Shown: piece after piece, positions 63,056 to 64,000 of the stretch
Position numbering within the stretch: position 1 is the stretch's first letter
Layout of the letters: every line of letters begins with the position of its first letter
Assembly: GCA_965112735.1 (NCBI GenBank)
Contig: OZ218964.1
Coordinates: forward strand, 1,550,001-1,614,000
DNA from: Phaeosaccion multiseriatum
Lineage: Eukaryota; Protista; Ochrophyta, other classes
DNA: 64,000 nt
Reading direction: 5' to 3'
Made by a program: the position numbers and the translations under genes
The notes under the pieces: generated by a model
Databases searched by the model: none
What the model saw: only the letters and a program-made list of their open reading frames with translations
Told to the model about the DNA's origin: nothing

Positions 63056-63824
63056 ATGTCTGCTCTTACGAAGAGCGAGAACGAGGCGGCAGTGGCTTAC
63101 TACTCGCTCCTCTCCTTGTCCTCCACGAGCTGCTGGCGAAACGAGGCGACGACTACTCCAGATTCCTCCTCTGAGGAAGAGCTCTGCTGCTGTTGCTGTG
63201 GACACTGCCTCCAAGTCCTCCCCTCGGCTGTCCGGGGCGCGGGCCTCGGGCTCGTGACAGCTCGGGCGAGGAGACGAGGGGAGGTGGTGTGCATGTACCA
63301 GGGTCGACACAAGACCACCGTTCAGGCCATGAGGACCAAGGACAAGAGCTACTTGATGCGGCTCGGTACACAGTGCTACATAGATGCTCAACAGACGTAC
63401 CACGTCCTCGCTCGATACATCAACGACTGCAGGTGATGATCGAGTGTTGATTTTGGACTACCGTCGTTTTGCTTTTGAGATGGGGGGGGATGATTTTACC
63501 CTACCCAAAGGAAAGTTCTCTGCGCTGCTCCCTCCCTCTGTCTCTACACGACTTCCCTTTCTGCGCTACTTAGTTTTGGCTCCCTCTTTCCCCTCTCAAC
63601 CCCCCTCCCCCCCACGCCCGCATTACATGGAAAGGAACGCCAAAGGCTACAACGTGACCTTTGATAAGACTCCTGCGCGGCGGCTAGCCTTCGTGAGGGC
63701 AACCCGGGACCTGCGGGCAGGGGAGGAGCTGTTTGTGGACTACGGCAGGCTGTACTGGGCGATGCTGCCCTCTGAGATCATAGAGGACGCGGCCCTGCCG
63801 GCCTTCGGTCCGGGCTTCACTTAG
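63056..63824 (+). CDS. Small stand-alone SET-domain protein (putative lysine methyltransferase)
   Basis: Exons 63056-63432 and 63635-63824. SET motifs SAVRGAGLGL, VCMYQG, LARYINDC, YNV and ATRDLRAGEELFVDYG..YW. Confidence 0.85.
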
Positions 63825-64000
63825 CGCAGTGACACCATTGTGTTCGTGCTTCTGCATGGGGTGGTAACCCCTTACAGAGAGGTCTGCAGTGGAAAGGATC
63901 TGATTTAAAAAAACTGAACTAGAGAGTGATAAAGCCATAGGAGCACTCTTACTCCTTACAACCTCAGCTGAGCATCATCCTAAAAGCGATTTGCGCCCCG

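Overview
Gene-dense eukaryotic nuclear DNA with GT-AG introns packed with microsatellites. A bipartite plastid-targeting presequence (SNAF motif) points to a photosynthetic stramenopile, possibly a eustigmatophyte; the taxon is inference. I assembled 13 spliced protein-coding gene models by hand: the 3' part of DNA ligase IV (+), EFL1/RIA1 (-), a ~2990-aa two-exon protein with four degenerate cupredoxin-like domains (+), GOS1 SNARE (-), a multi-EF-hand repeat protein (-), TMEM209-like (-), B-box/UPF0652 (DUF2009) (+), three unknown proteins (two membrane, one possibly organellar), a short-chain dehydrogenase (+), a small plastid-targeted protein interrupted by an in-frame TGA (-), and a small SET-domain protein (+). 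Most ORFs in the supplied track are microsatellite artefacts. The most striking unexplained signal is a dispersed 15-bp element, CAGTTGGTGATACAG. It has 7 exact and several near-exact copies, lies in introns, a 3' UTR and coding exons in different frames and strands, and mostly sits in or beside CAG/CTG tracts. Family assignments rest on motif recognition, not database searches, and exon boundaries may be off by a few bases.
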